Below, piece by piece: positions 50,272 to 58,223 of a DNA stretch of 61,769 nt (position 1 is the first letter of the stretch; the number at the start of each line of letters is the position of its first letter). Under the pieces are notes generated by a model. It did no database searches. It saw only the letters and a program-made list of their open reading frames with translations, and had not been told where the DNA came from. The DNA is taken from positions 1-61,769 of IMG/VR virus record IMGVR_UViG_3300020419_000016. One strand, given 5' to 3'. The DNA comes from a virus. Taxonomy: Duplodnaviria > Caudoviricetes. Made by a program: the position numbers and the translations under genes.

Positions 50272-51000
50272 ATGACCAAACCCAACAAAGCTGATTACAC
50301 AAAAGATCAATGGCGTAAACTTAAAGAAAAGATTAAATTAGAAAAAGCGGCAAAACGTGCAGCAAAAGCTAATAAAATTCCTCCTCGCCCTCCAATAAAA
50401 AATTTAGACAACAATATAACATCATTTGTTTTAGGTAACGGATTAAGCAGAAATCCTATAGATCTAAATGCAATTAAAGAATACGGTAAAGTATACGGAT
50501 GTAATGCGTTATATAGAGAATACGATCCTGATTACTTGATTGCTGTTGATGTTAAAATGGTTTTAGAACTAAACAAAAACAAATATCAATATCGTAACGA
50601 TCAAGTATGGACAAATCCTAACAAAGCATATAATAGTATGTCAAATTTTAAATTTTTTCAACCTAGCAAAGGTTGGAGTTCAGGACCAACTGCTTTATGG
50701 CTAGCAAGCCAACATGGACCTAAGCAAATTTTTATACTAGGTTTTGATTATACAGGAAAAGACGGCGGAAACCACTTTAACAACATATATGCAGATACAG
50801 ATAACTATAAAAAATCTATAGACGGTGCCACTTATCATGGTAATTGGCTTAAACAAACAGCAACTACTATTAAAGAACACCCACGTATCAACTATACGAG
50901 AGTTATAGCTAAAGATAATTATTGTCCAGAAGAGCTAAATATTTTGAGCAATTATAGTACAATGGATATTGAACATTTTTTAAGAATTTTCTCAATATAG
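50272..51000 (+). CDS. Sialyltransferase/MAF-like (Rossmann) glycosyltransferase-like protein
   Basis: Motif series FVLGNGLS...YGCNALY...PDYLIAVD...SSGPTALWLA...IFILGFD, with a Lys-rich N-terminal extension. Confidence 0.6.
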   Translation: MTKPNKADYTKDQWRKLKEKIKLEKAAKRAAKANKIPPRPPIKNLDNNITSFVLGNGLSRNPIDLNAIKEYGKVYGCNALYREYDPDYLIAVDVKMVLELNKNKYQYRNDQVWTNPNKAYNSMSNFKFFQPSKGWSSGPTALWLASQHGPKQIFILGFDYTGKDGGNHFNNIYADTDNYKKSIDGATYHGNWLKQTATTIKEHPRINYTRVIAKDNYCPEELNILSNYSTMDIEHFLRIFSI

Positions 51001-51052
51001 CGGAAAAATCTTAAAAAACTCCGTTTTGAGCCTATTTTCGGGTATATTTTCT

Positions 51053-51060
51053 TATAAATA
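51053..51060 (+). promoter_or_regulatory. T4-like late promoter (TATAAATA) for the head operon
   Basis: Exact consensus; followed by the hairpin TTACC-GTATAT-GGTAA (51080-51095) and an AGGAG RBS. Confidence 0.75.
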
Positions 51061-51121
51061 GTAAATACAAATGACAGCCTTACCGTATATGGTAAACAAA
51101 TTATATTTATAGGAGAATAAA

Positions 51122-52105
51122 ATGGCAGATTCAAAACAATTCGAAGAAATGCTCGAGAAACTTGTTAATGAAGACAAGGCCGGAGCAGAAGAACTTTTCC
51201 ACAATATTGTGGTTCAGAAATCCAGAGAAATTTACGAAAATCTATTAGAAGACGATCTAGAAGACGAGTCAGTTGATGAAGCATCTGATGAGGAAGTAGA
51301 TGAAGCATCTGATGAGGAAGTAGATGAAGCGTCTAAAGATGAAGAAGTAGACGAAGCTACTGACGAAGAAGTAGATGAAGCTTCTAAAGATGAAGAAGTT
51401 GAAGAAGATTTCAACTTAGACGAATTTGAAGTTGAAGGCGAAGACGATGCTGACATGGGCATGGATGCAGGCGATCCTGCAGACGACATGATGGCTGATA
51501 TCGCTGACATGGGCGACGAAGAAGGCGAAGGCGAAGGCGACGACGAGCCAGAAGGTGACGTTGAAGAAAGAGTCGGCGACTTAGAAGACGCTCTAGACGA
51601 ACTTAAAGCAGAATTTGAAGATATGATGGCAGGCGACGAAGGCGGAGATGACGAAGCTGAAGACGAAATGCCAGCTGATGACGCTGAAATGGACGCAGAT
51701 GATGAAGAAGGCGATGACGAAGAAATGCCAGAAGCATCAGATGAAGAAGTTGATGAAACATCAGATGACGAGGTTGAGGAAGGTTCTAAAGAAGAACTAT
51801 CTCCAACAGAGCAGATGCGTGAATATGTTGAAAAAGTAACACCTAAAATGGGCGACAACGGTGCAAACACCAAGTCTCCAGTAGCAGGTGCGAACGACAT
51901 GGGCGGAGATGCTTCTAACTTAGCACAAGGCGCAGACGAAAAAGGCATGACACCAGCAAGTCCAAAAGACATTGCAAGCGGTAACGTAAATGTACCAGGT
52001 GGAAAAGCTTCTAAGTCAATGAAAGCTAATGCTAAAGGCCATGGCGCAGAGAAAAAAGGCGCAGGCGACACAGCTGCTAATAAAAAAAGTACTATTGGTA
52101 GCTAA
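51122..52105 (+). CDS. Highly acidic prohead core or scaffold-like protein
   Basis: Very Asp/Glu-rich with repeated VDEASDEE units; immediately upstream of the prohead protease. Confidence 0.7.
   Translation: MADSKQFEEMLEKLVNEDKAGAEELFHNIVVQKSREIYENLLEDDLEDESVDEASDEEVDEASDEEVDEASKDEEVDEATDEEVDEASKDEEVEEDFNLDEFEVEGEDDADMGMDAGDPADDMMADIADMGDEEGEGEGDDEPEGDVEERVGDLEDALDELKAEFEDMMAGDEGGDDEAEDEMPADDAEMDADDEEGDDEEMPEASDEEVDETSDDEVEEGSKEELSPTEQMREYVEKVTPKMGDNGANTKSPVAGANDMGGDASNLAQGADEKGMTPASPKDIASGNVNVPGGKASKSMKANAKGHGAEKKGAGDTAANKKSTIGS
51272..51406 (+). repeat. Degenerate 24/27-bp tandem repeat encoding VDEAS(K)DEE
   Basis: Five GTnGAyGAAGCn... units in frame. Confidence 0.9.
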
Positions 52106-52124
52106 TTAATATAAGGAAACTTGG

Positions 52125-52748
52125 ATGCAAAATTTATCTGAGACACTGACATTCGACCAAGCAAAAATAGTCGTTGAGTCTGCCAATGAAGGGAAAGACT
52201 TGTATATGAAAGGTATTTGTATACAAGGCGGAGTACGCAACGCTAACCAGCGTGTTTATCCTGTACAAGAAATTGGTAGGGCTGTCAAAACTCTCAACGA
52301 TCAATGCTCAGGAGGATATAGTGTTCTCGGCGAAGTTGATCATCCAGAGGGACTGAATATTAATTTAGATCGTGTTAGCCATATGATCACAGAAATGTGG
52401 ATGGAAGGCGACAACGGTTACGGAAAACTTAAAATTTTACCAACACCTATGGGGGTCCTAGTTAAAACAATGCTTGAAAGCGGAGTTAAACTAGGAGTCT
52501 CGTCACGTGGTTCAGGTAACGTATCAGAAAGTGGAAACGGAGAAGTTTCTGACTTTGAAATTATCACTGTGGACGTTGTGGCTCAGCCAAGCGCCCCTGG
52601 TGCATATCCAACTCCAATTTATGAGCAACTTATGAATGCAAGAGGTGGAATGAAGGCTTACGAATTTGCACAGGCAACTAAAGAAGATCCTAAGGCACAA
52701 AAATATTTAAAAGAATCTCTGATTAATATAATCAGCAGACTCCAATAA
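52125..52748 (+). CDS. gp21: Prohead protease gp21
   Basis: NANQRVYP, GEVDHP, GVSSRGSG and DVVAQPSAP motifs give the His/Ser/Asp triad. Confidence 0.96.
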   Translation: MQNLSETLTFDQAKIVVESANEGKDLYMKGICIQGGVRNANQRVYPVQEIGRAVKTLNDQCSGGYSVLGEVDHPEGLNINLDRVSHMITEMWMEGDNGYGKLKILPTPMGVLVKTMLESGVKLGVSSRGSGNVSESGNGEVSDFEIITVDVVAQPSAPGAYPTPIYEQLMNARGGMKAYEFAQATKEDPKAQKYLKESLINIISRLQ

Positions 52749-52763
52749 AAGGAGATAAAAAAC

Positions 52764-53855
52764 ATGTTGGATGCACTAAAAACACTTTTCGAAAATGACG
52801 TTGTTTCGGATGAAGTGCGTACTCAAATTGAAGAAGCGTGGACAGCAAAACTTAAAGAAAATAGACTTGCTGTAACCGCTGAACTCCGTGAAGAATTCGC
52901 TCAGAAATATGAACATGACAAAGCTACTATGGTAGAAGCTATTGACAATTTAGTATCTGAGAGATTAACTGCTGAAGTAGCTGAATTTACAGAAGACCGT
53001 AAACAGCTTTCAGAAGCAAAAGCAAAATATGCAGTAGCAATGCGTGAAAATGCAGGGTTACTAAAAGGTTTTGTGATGGAAGCACTTAAAAAAGAAGTTT
53101 CCGAACTTCACGAAGAACAAAAAGCAATGGCTAACAATTTTTCTAAATTAGAAGAGTTTGTAGTCGACGCACTAGCCAACGAAATATCTGAGTTCTACGA
53201 AGATAAAAAAGACTTAGCTGCTACTAAGGTTAAACTTGTTAAAGAAGCTAAGAAACACTTGGCCAAAGTTAAAGAAAACTTTGTACAAAGAAGTGCTAAA
53301 GCAGTATCTTCAACAGTTGATAAAGCTCTTAGAGGAGAAATTAATCAACTTAAAGAAGACATTGATGCAGCACGTAAAAACGACTTTGGGCGGAAATTGT
53401 TTGAAGCATTTGCAAATGAATATCAAGGAAGCTATTTGAATGAAAAATCAGAAACTTCTAAGCTATTAAAAGTTGTTAATGTTAAAGACAAGCAGTTAGC
53501 TGAAGCAAAAGCATTTGCTGTTAAAGCAAAGAAAGTTGTTGAAGCACAAGAAGCTGAAAAGAAACAGCTTGTTGAATCTGCACAGCGTAAAGAGATCATG
53601 CATGGCTTGGTTGCACCATTAAGCAATCAACAGCAAGAGATTATGAAAGACTTACTGGAATCAGTTCAAACAAACAGATTACAATCTCAGTTTGAAAAAT
53701 ACTTACCGACAGTTATTGACGGCGAAGCACCAGAGAAAGCTAAAAAGGCGAAACTTACAGAAGGCAAAGAAATTACAGGCAATAGAGAAATAGTTCAAAC
53801 TAGTAAAACAGTAGACGATAATGTCGTTGACATTAGACGTTTAGCTGGAATTTAA
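52764..53855 (+). CDS. gp22: Prohead scaffolding protein gp22
   Basis: Coiled-coil, Glu/Lys/Ala-rich protein between the protease and capsid genes; FGRKLFEAF motif. Confidence 0.82.
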   Translation: MLDALKTLFENDVVSDEVRTQIEEAWTAKLKENRLAVTAELREEFAQKYEHDKATMVEAIDNLVSERLTAEVAEFTEDRKQLSEAKAKYAVAMRENAGLLKGFVMEALKKEVSELHEEQKAMANNFSKLEEFVVDALANEISEFYEDKKDLAATKVKLVKEAKKHLAKVKENFVQRSAKAVSSTVDKALRGEINQLKEDIDAARKNDFGRKLFEAFANEYQGSYLNEKSETSKLLKVVNVKDKQLAEAKAFAVKAKKVVEAQEAEKKQLVESAQRKEIMHGLVAPLSNQQQEIMKDLLESVQTNRLQSQFEKYLPTVIDGEAPEKAKKAKLTEGKEITGNREIVQTSKTVDDNVVDIRRLAGI

Positions 53856-53869
53856 TAAGGAGATATAAT

Positions 53870-55039
53870 ATGTCAGAACTACTAGAAAGTCGCTGGCAGG
53901 AGACCAAAGGTGCTCTTCTTGAAGGCTTAAATGGCAACAAGAAGGCAGTTATGGCAAGTACACTTGAGAACACTCGTAAGTATTTGTCAGAGGCCGCAGG
54001 CACTGGTGCAACTTCCGCCGGTAATATCGCAACACTTAATCGTGTTATTCTTCCAGTCATCAGACGTGTGATGCCAACCGTTATTGCTAACGATTTGGTA
54101 GGCGTACAACCAATGACAGGACCAGTGGGTCAGATCCACACACTTCGCGTTCGTTATGCTGAAAGCAACGACAACGCAACAGCAGGTGAAGAGGCTCTTA
54201 GCCCATTCAAAATTGCTACAGCTTATTCAGGTGCGGGCACAGACCCATCTGGAACAGCAGACGCAACTGCAACCTTAGAAGGTGACGCTGGACGTAAAAT
54301 GTCCATCCAGATCTTAAAACAGACTGTAGAAGCAAAATCCAGAAAGCTATCAGCTCGTTGGACTTTTGAAGCTGCACAGGACGCTCAGTCCATGCACGGT
54401 ATTGATGTAGAAGCAGAAATTATGGCTGCTTTAGCACAAGAAATTACCGCTGAAATTGATCAAGAGATCATTCAGAGCTTAACTACATTGTCTGGTACAG
54501 CCGCTCAGACTTATGATCAAGCTGCTGTGTCTGGTACAGCTACTTTCGTTGGTGATGAGCATGCAGCTCTTGCAGTTCAAATTAACAGAGTATCAAACTT
54601 GATCGCTCAACGTACAAGACGTGGCGCAGGTAACTGGGCTGTTGTATCGCCATTCGCGTTAACAATCCTACAATCTGCAACAACTTCTGCGTTTGCACGT
54701 ACTACTGAAGGTACTTTTGAAGCACCAACTAACACTAAGATGGTTGGAACTTTAAACGGTGCAATGAAAGTATACGTCAACACATATGCTGGTGATAATG
54801 CTCCAGTACTTGTTGGCTACAAAGGTACTAGCGAATCTGATGCTGCTGCATTCTACTGCCCATACATTCCATTAATGAGCAGTGGTGTAGTGTTAGATCC
54901 AACATCATTCGAGCCAGTCGTGAGCTTCATGACTAGATACGGATATGTTGAATTATCTAACTCAGCTTCATCCCTTGGTAACGCGGCTGATTACTTAGCT
55001 AACGTTGCGATTACTAACGGTAACGTAAGCTTCAGCTAA
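53870..55039 (+). CDS. gp23: Major capsid protein gp23
   Basis: VGVQPMTGPVGQI, VEAKSRKLSARWTFEAAQD, EITAEIDQEII, AFYCPYIPL and FMTRYG motifs. Confidence 0.97.
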   Translation: MSELLESRWQETKGALLEGLNGNKKAVMASTLENTRKYLSEAAGTGATSAGNIATLNRVILPVIRRVMPTVIANDLVGVQPMTGPVGQIHTLRVRYAESNDNATAGEEALSPFKIATAYSGAGTDPSGTADATATLEGDAGRKMSIQILKQTVEAKSRKLSARWTFEAAQDAQSMHGIDVEAEIMAALAQEITAEIDQEIIQSLTTLSGTAAQTYDQAAVSGTATFVGDEHAALAVQINRVSNLIAQRTRRGAGNWAVVSPFALTILQSATTSAFARTTEGTFEAPTNTKMVGTLNGAMKVYVNTYAGDNAPVLVGYKGTSESDAAAFYCPYIPLMSSGVVLDPTSFEPVVSFMTRYGYVELSNSASSLGNAADYLANVAITNGNVSFS

Positions 55040-55055
55040 TAGTTTACAAAACTTG

Positions 55056-55085
55056 AAAATAGGCCCTACGGGGCCTATTTTTTTG
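55056..55085 (+). terminator. Rho-independent terminator after gp23
   Basis: AAAATAGGCCC-TACG-GGGCCTATTTT followed by further T residues. Confidence 0.9.
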
Positions 55086-55186
55086 ACTGATGAAAAAAGA
55101 CAAAGATTTTGTCCTTGAAACAATTTACGAAAAAAAGACAGACTATAGCACAACTTGGTTAGTGCGTATTAAATCAAAAAAATAAA

Positions 55187-55429
55187 ATGTCACTTAAGAA
55201 AAAAGGTATAGGAAAACTACATCATGGAAGACCTATTGCGTATGCTTTATTAGATGAAGAAGATTACAAGCATATCTATACACGTAAAGATCGTATTAGA
55301 ATAGGAGTAGAGATTGCGTTTTTTATAAGCGTAGCTTATATAATCGCAGATATAGCATACATGACATGGTTTGAAGACAAATATAACATTTTTGGACAAG
55401 TAAACCAATTTATTTACATGCTTCCGTAA
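55187..55429 (+). CDS. Small hypothetical membrane protein
   Basis: 80 aa with one hydrophobic helix (IGVEIAFFISVAYIIADIAYMTWF). No clear RBS, so the start is uncertain. Confidence 0.45.
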   Translation: MSLKKKGIGKLHHGRPIAYALLDEEDYKHIYTRKDRIRIGVEIAFFISVAYIIADIAYMTWFEDKYNIFGQVNQFIYMLP

Positions 55430-55437
55430 AAAAAAGG

Positions 55438-55466
55438 TTGACATTATAGTAAAAGTTTGCTATAGT
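55438..55466 (+). promoter_or_regulatory. Sigma70-type promoter driving a non-coding transcript
   Basis: TTGACA (55438-55443), 17-nt spacer, TATAGT (55461-55466); A-tract upstream. Confidence 0.8.
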
Positions 55467-55472
55467 GTATAC

Positions 55473-55720
55473 ATAAGCTAAAAACTTGTAGCTAGAGTTT
55501 TTATATAGTGCAAGGAAGAGGCGTTTACCAGAGCGTCGAACTTGACTAGTTAGGGGTGGTACCCAGGCTTGGTAGTAGAAATACGCTGAGTCACATCGCT
55601 CTCCCGAGCGGAACTAGGTTCCCTGGTTATCAGAATGGCATCTGTGGCGAGGGGTTGTAGGTATAACCGAGTCCTACCTATACTTGCTTATACTAAAAAG
55701 ACGCTTCGGCGTCTTTTTTT
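55473..55720 (+). ncRNA. Putative stand-alone structured ncRNA of unrecognised family
   Basis: Bounded by a promoter and a terminator. A GC-rich multi-branched domain is closed by the helix 55504-55514/55683-55692, with many G-U pairs and a GAAA tetraloop. Confidence 0.75.
55695..55720 (+). terminator. Rho-independent terminator
   Basis: AAAAAGACGC-TTCG-GCGTCTTTTTTT, with a C(UUCG)G loop and a U-tract. Confidence 0.92.
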
Positions 55721-55723
55721 CTC

Positions 55724-55731
55724 TATAAATA
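55724..55731 (+). promoter_or_regulatory. T4-like late promoter (TATAAATA), 5 nt before the ATG
   Basis: TATAAATA-ATTGT-ATG(55737). Confidence 0.7.
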
Positions 55732-55736
55732 ATTGT

Positions 55737-56705
55737 ATGAAATATTGTAGAGAACCTTTTATCCACTCTGAAATAAATCCAAAAGGTGATATAAGACTAT
55801 GCTGTGGATCGTGGCATCCTAAAATAGTTGGTAATATTCATCAAAGTCCATTAGAAGAAATATGGACTAACAAAGAATCACAAAAAGTTAGAGAATCAAT
55901 TAATGATCAATCTTACAAATATTGTAAATTAGAAATTTGTCCTCAGCCATTTCAGTCTACTCCTATTAATGTCCACACACGTTTACCAAAAGTGTTAAAA
56001 TTTAGTTTTGATAATAGTTGTAATTTAGAATGTCCTTCATGCAGGAGTAGTAAAATACAGCATGTAAAAGGATCTAAAGAATACAACGAATCAATGTCAA
56101 TACTTAACAAAGTAAAAGAGTCGTATTATAAATTTGGTGTAGATCAACCTACAGTTTTTATTATAACTGGATCAGGAGATCCCTTTGGTAGTGATGTATT
56201 TAGAAATTTTTTATATGATTTTGATGGTAGGAAAGTACCTAATTTAAAATTTGTATTTTTAACAAACGGTGTAATGCTCACGCCAAAGGTTATAAACAAG
56301 ATTAGTAAGATCTATAATAACATTAAACAGATGAATATCAGTATAGATTCAGCAACTCCTGACACATACAATGTTGTTCGTAAAGGCGGAAACTTTACGC
56401 AATTACAAAAAAATATAGAATACTTACATAACTTCAAACAGTTCAATCATGTAAAATTTTGTTATTCATTTGTAATACAAAATACAAATTTTGCTGAAAT
56501 AGAACCTTTTGTAGAATGGATTTTAACATATCCCAGAGCAAGTGTTAGATTTACTAGGATATTAAACTGGAGTGATATGGCAATTGATTTTAACAAAGAG
56601 AATATTTTCAGCCCAGATCATCCAAACTACACAAAATTACAAGAAACTTTAGCAAAAATAAAGCATATCCCAAACATAGACTTTCATAACGTTTTGTCTA
56701 AGTAG
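55737..56705 (+). CDS. Radical SAM protein with an N-terminal SPASM/twitch-like auxiliary cluster domain
   Basis: CNLECPSC (CxxxCxxC), GSGDPF, TNG and ISIDS motifs; N-terminal CREPF...GDIRLCC...GNI...EEIW...C. Start moved from 55635, which lies inside the ncRNA. Confidence 0.88.
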   Translation: MKYCREPFIHSEINPKGDIRLCCGSWHPKIVGNIHQSPLEEIWTNKESQKVRESINDQSYKYCKLEICPQPFQSTPINVHTRLPKVLKFSFDNSCNLECPSCRSSKIQHVKGSKEYNESMSILNKVKESYYKFGVDQPTVFIITGSGDPFGSDVFRNFLYDFDGRKVPNLKFVFLTNGVMLTPKVINKISKIYNNIKQMNISIDSATPDTYNVVRKGGNFTQLQKNIEYLHNFKQFNHVKFCYSFVIQNTNFAEIEPFVEWILTYPRASVRFTRILNWSDMAIDFNKENIFSPDHPNYTKLQETLAKIKHIPNIDFHNVLSK

Positions 56706-56799
56706 ATAAATACTATTGTCATAAATCGTGTCACTTAAAGTGGACTTATGCAGAATTGACCCACTGCGTATTACGTAAAAAGTATAAAGGAGAAAACAA
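56705..56799 (+). promoter_or_regulatory. Late promoter (GATAAATA, 56705-56712) plus a structured 5' leader
   Basis: Hairpins CACT-TAA-AGTG and TATGCAG/CTGCGTA lie upstream of the AAGGAG RBS. Confidence 0.5.
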
Positions 56800-57159
56800 A
56801 TGGGAAGACCAATTAATAAGAGATTTTTTGGCGCAACAGGCGACAATACTCAACCAACTATAGCAATTAGATATCATGACGGTACAGCATCTAGAGAAGG
56901 ATTTATCCTTTCTCAAAGAGGTACTAACAAATTTAATTGTGATAGTGCCGCTGGTACTGCAAAAATTTGCAGACTAGTAAATGAAATTGCACCTAATGCA
57001 GAAGGTGAATGTTCTTTAGTAGGTATTACACCAGGTGGTGGAGCAATAATACTTAAAAAAATGTTCAACAGAACAGCAGTAGACTTTGATAACAATCGTT
57101 ACAAGTGGGCTGTTGAAGATGATTCAACAGAATCATTAATTAGGTTAACAGCTATTTAA
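56800..57159 (+). CDS. Hypothetical late protein, probably a virion component
   Basis: Strong RBS and late promoter; first gene of the structural cluster. Confidence 0.7.
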   Translation: MGRPINKRFFGATGDNTQPTIAIRYHDGTASREGFILSQRGTNKFNCDSAAGTAKICRLVNEIAPNAEGECSLVGITPGGGAIILKKMFNRTAVDFDNNRYKWAVEDDSTESLIRLTAI

Positions 57160-57162
57160 TAT

Positions 57163-57186
57163 AATAGGGGGAGAAATCCCCCTATT
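57163..57186 (+). terminator. Stable hairpin (terminator or processing site)
   Basis: AATAGGGGGA-GAAA-TCCCCCTATT, a 10-bp stem with only a short U-tract. Confidence 0.65.
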
Positions 57187-57201
57187 TAAAAAGGATTAAG
57201 A

Positions 57202-58212
57202 ATGTCAAAGTATTTAAGAATAGGAAATGGTGATTATAATATCGTTACAAAAGAAGGCGGTGAAATCACATTAGATACAACTGATGGAAACTTAAATGGC
57301 ACAGGTAAAGTTATTGTTACTGGAGGATTAGAAGTCCAAGGTGATAGTACTACTTACAATTCAACAGTAGTTGCAATAGCTGATAACATCATTGTACTTT
57401 CTAAAGATAATACTGCTTCAGGAATTCCTGCGGCACTCAATTATAGAAGTGGTGTAGAAATTGAAAGAGGATCTCAAGCAAATGCATTTATGGTGTATGA
57501 TGAACAACTTGCTTGGACTCTTGGAGGAACGTCGGGCCAAGGAACATGGACTTTTGAACAAGGTGCAACTACAGTACCTATTAAAGCAACAGGAATGTTT
57601 TCAGATTCTAACTTATTTTTTAATCCAGGAACGGGTATTATATCAGTAACAAATACAACTAACTACGAGCAAAGAGTATTTCAGTATGGTGGTGGAATAG
57701 TTACGGGCGGAGCAATTGACGATGATATTATACCAAATGCAAAAGGCGTAATAGATTACGTTACTTATGCACTTGCATCAGGCGCAGTTCCTGCTAGACT
57801 ACAAGAATCAGATACTTCAATCGAAGCACATGACTTTAGTGTAACTGGAACAGATAGTAAACTACAATTTGATATTAACGGTGTAGCTAAAGCAAATTTA
57901 TTTGCAGACAGACTTGAAGCATTTGACATAATGATCCAAAACAATGAGATTACAACTACAGCTAGTAATACTGACTTAGTGCTAGGATCTCCAGGAACAG
58001 GATCAGTAAAAATTAAAGATAATATTGAAATAACTGAAACACCTGGTGAGAATGATGTTGCTACAGATCCAAGTGTACCGGTTGAAGGTATTAAGATATA
58101 TTCAAAAACACAATCAACTGGTGGTTCAGGATTGTTTTTCGTTAATAAGAGTAGTAACAGAGACGAATTGATAAGTAAGAATAAAGCACTAGTGTATAGT
58201 ATGGTGTTCTAA
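57202..58212 (+). CDS. Virion structural or fibre-like protein
   Basis: Gly/Thr-rich; IADNIIVL...GVEIERG resembles a block in the fibre gene 8457-10370. Confidence 0.6.
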   Translation: MSKYLRIGNGDYNIVTKEGGEITLDTTDGNLNGTGKVIVTGGLEVQGDSTTYNSTVVAIADNIIVLSKDNTASGIPAALNYRSGVEIERGSQANAFMVYDEQLAWTLGGTSGQGTWTFEQGATTVPIKATGMFSDSNLFFNPGTGIISVTNTTNYEQRVFQYGGGIVTGGAIDDDIIPNAKGVIDYVTYALASGAVPARLQESDTSIEAHDFSVTGTDSKLQFDINGVAKANLFADRLEAFDIMIQNNEITTTASNTDLVLGSPGTGSVKIKDNIEITETPGENDVATDPSVPVEGIKIYSKTQSTGGSGLFFVNKSSNRDELISKNKALVYSMVF

Positions 58213-58223
58213 AGGAAATAAAA

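Noticed and set aside
28603-51406. CRISPR array
   Set aside because: The only tandem repeats are in-frame coding repeats without unique spacers; no cas genes.
51232-52071. 279-aa Ser-rich antisense ORF
   Set aside because: Shadow of the GAA/GAT/GAC-rich acidic gene on the other strand; no RBS or promoter.
55550-55635. TPP riboswitch resemblance (GGGGTG...GCTGAG...CCC...GAAC...CTGGTTAT)
   Set aside because: It lacks the conserved UGAGA, ACCUGA and UAAU...GCG-AGG elements, these bases fit other helices, and no thiamine gene follows.
55640-55700. tRNA or tmRNA end (GGGGTTGTAGG...)
   Set aside because: No T-arm GTTCRA and no acceptor stem or CCA end. I recognised no tRNA anywhere in the window.
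55635-55736. N-terminal extension of the radical SAM ORF given in the track
   Set aside because: It runs through the structured RNA and a strong terminator; the ATG at 55737 behind TATAAATA is the better start.
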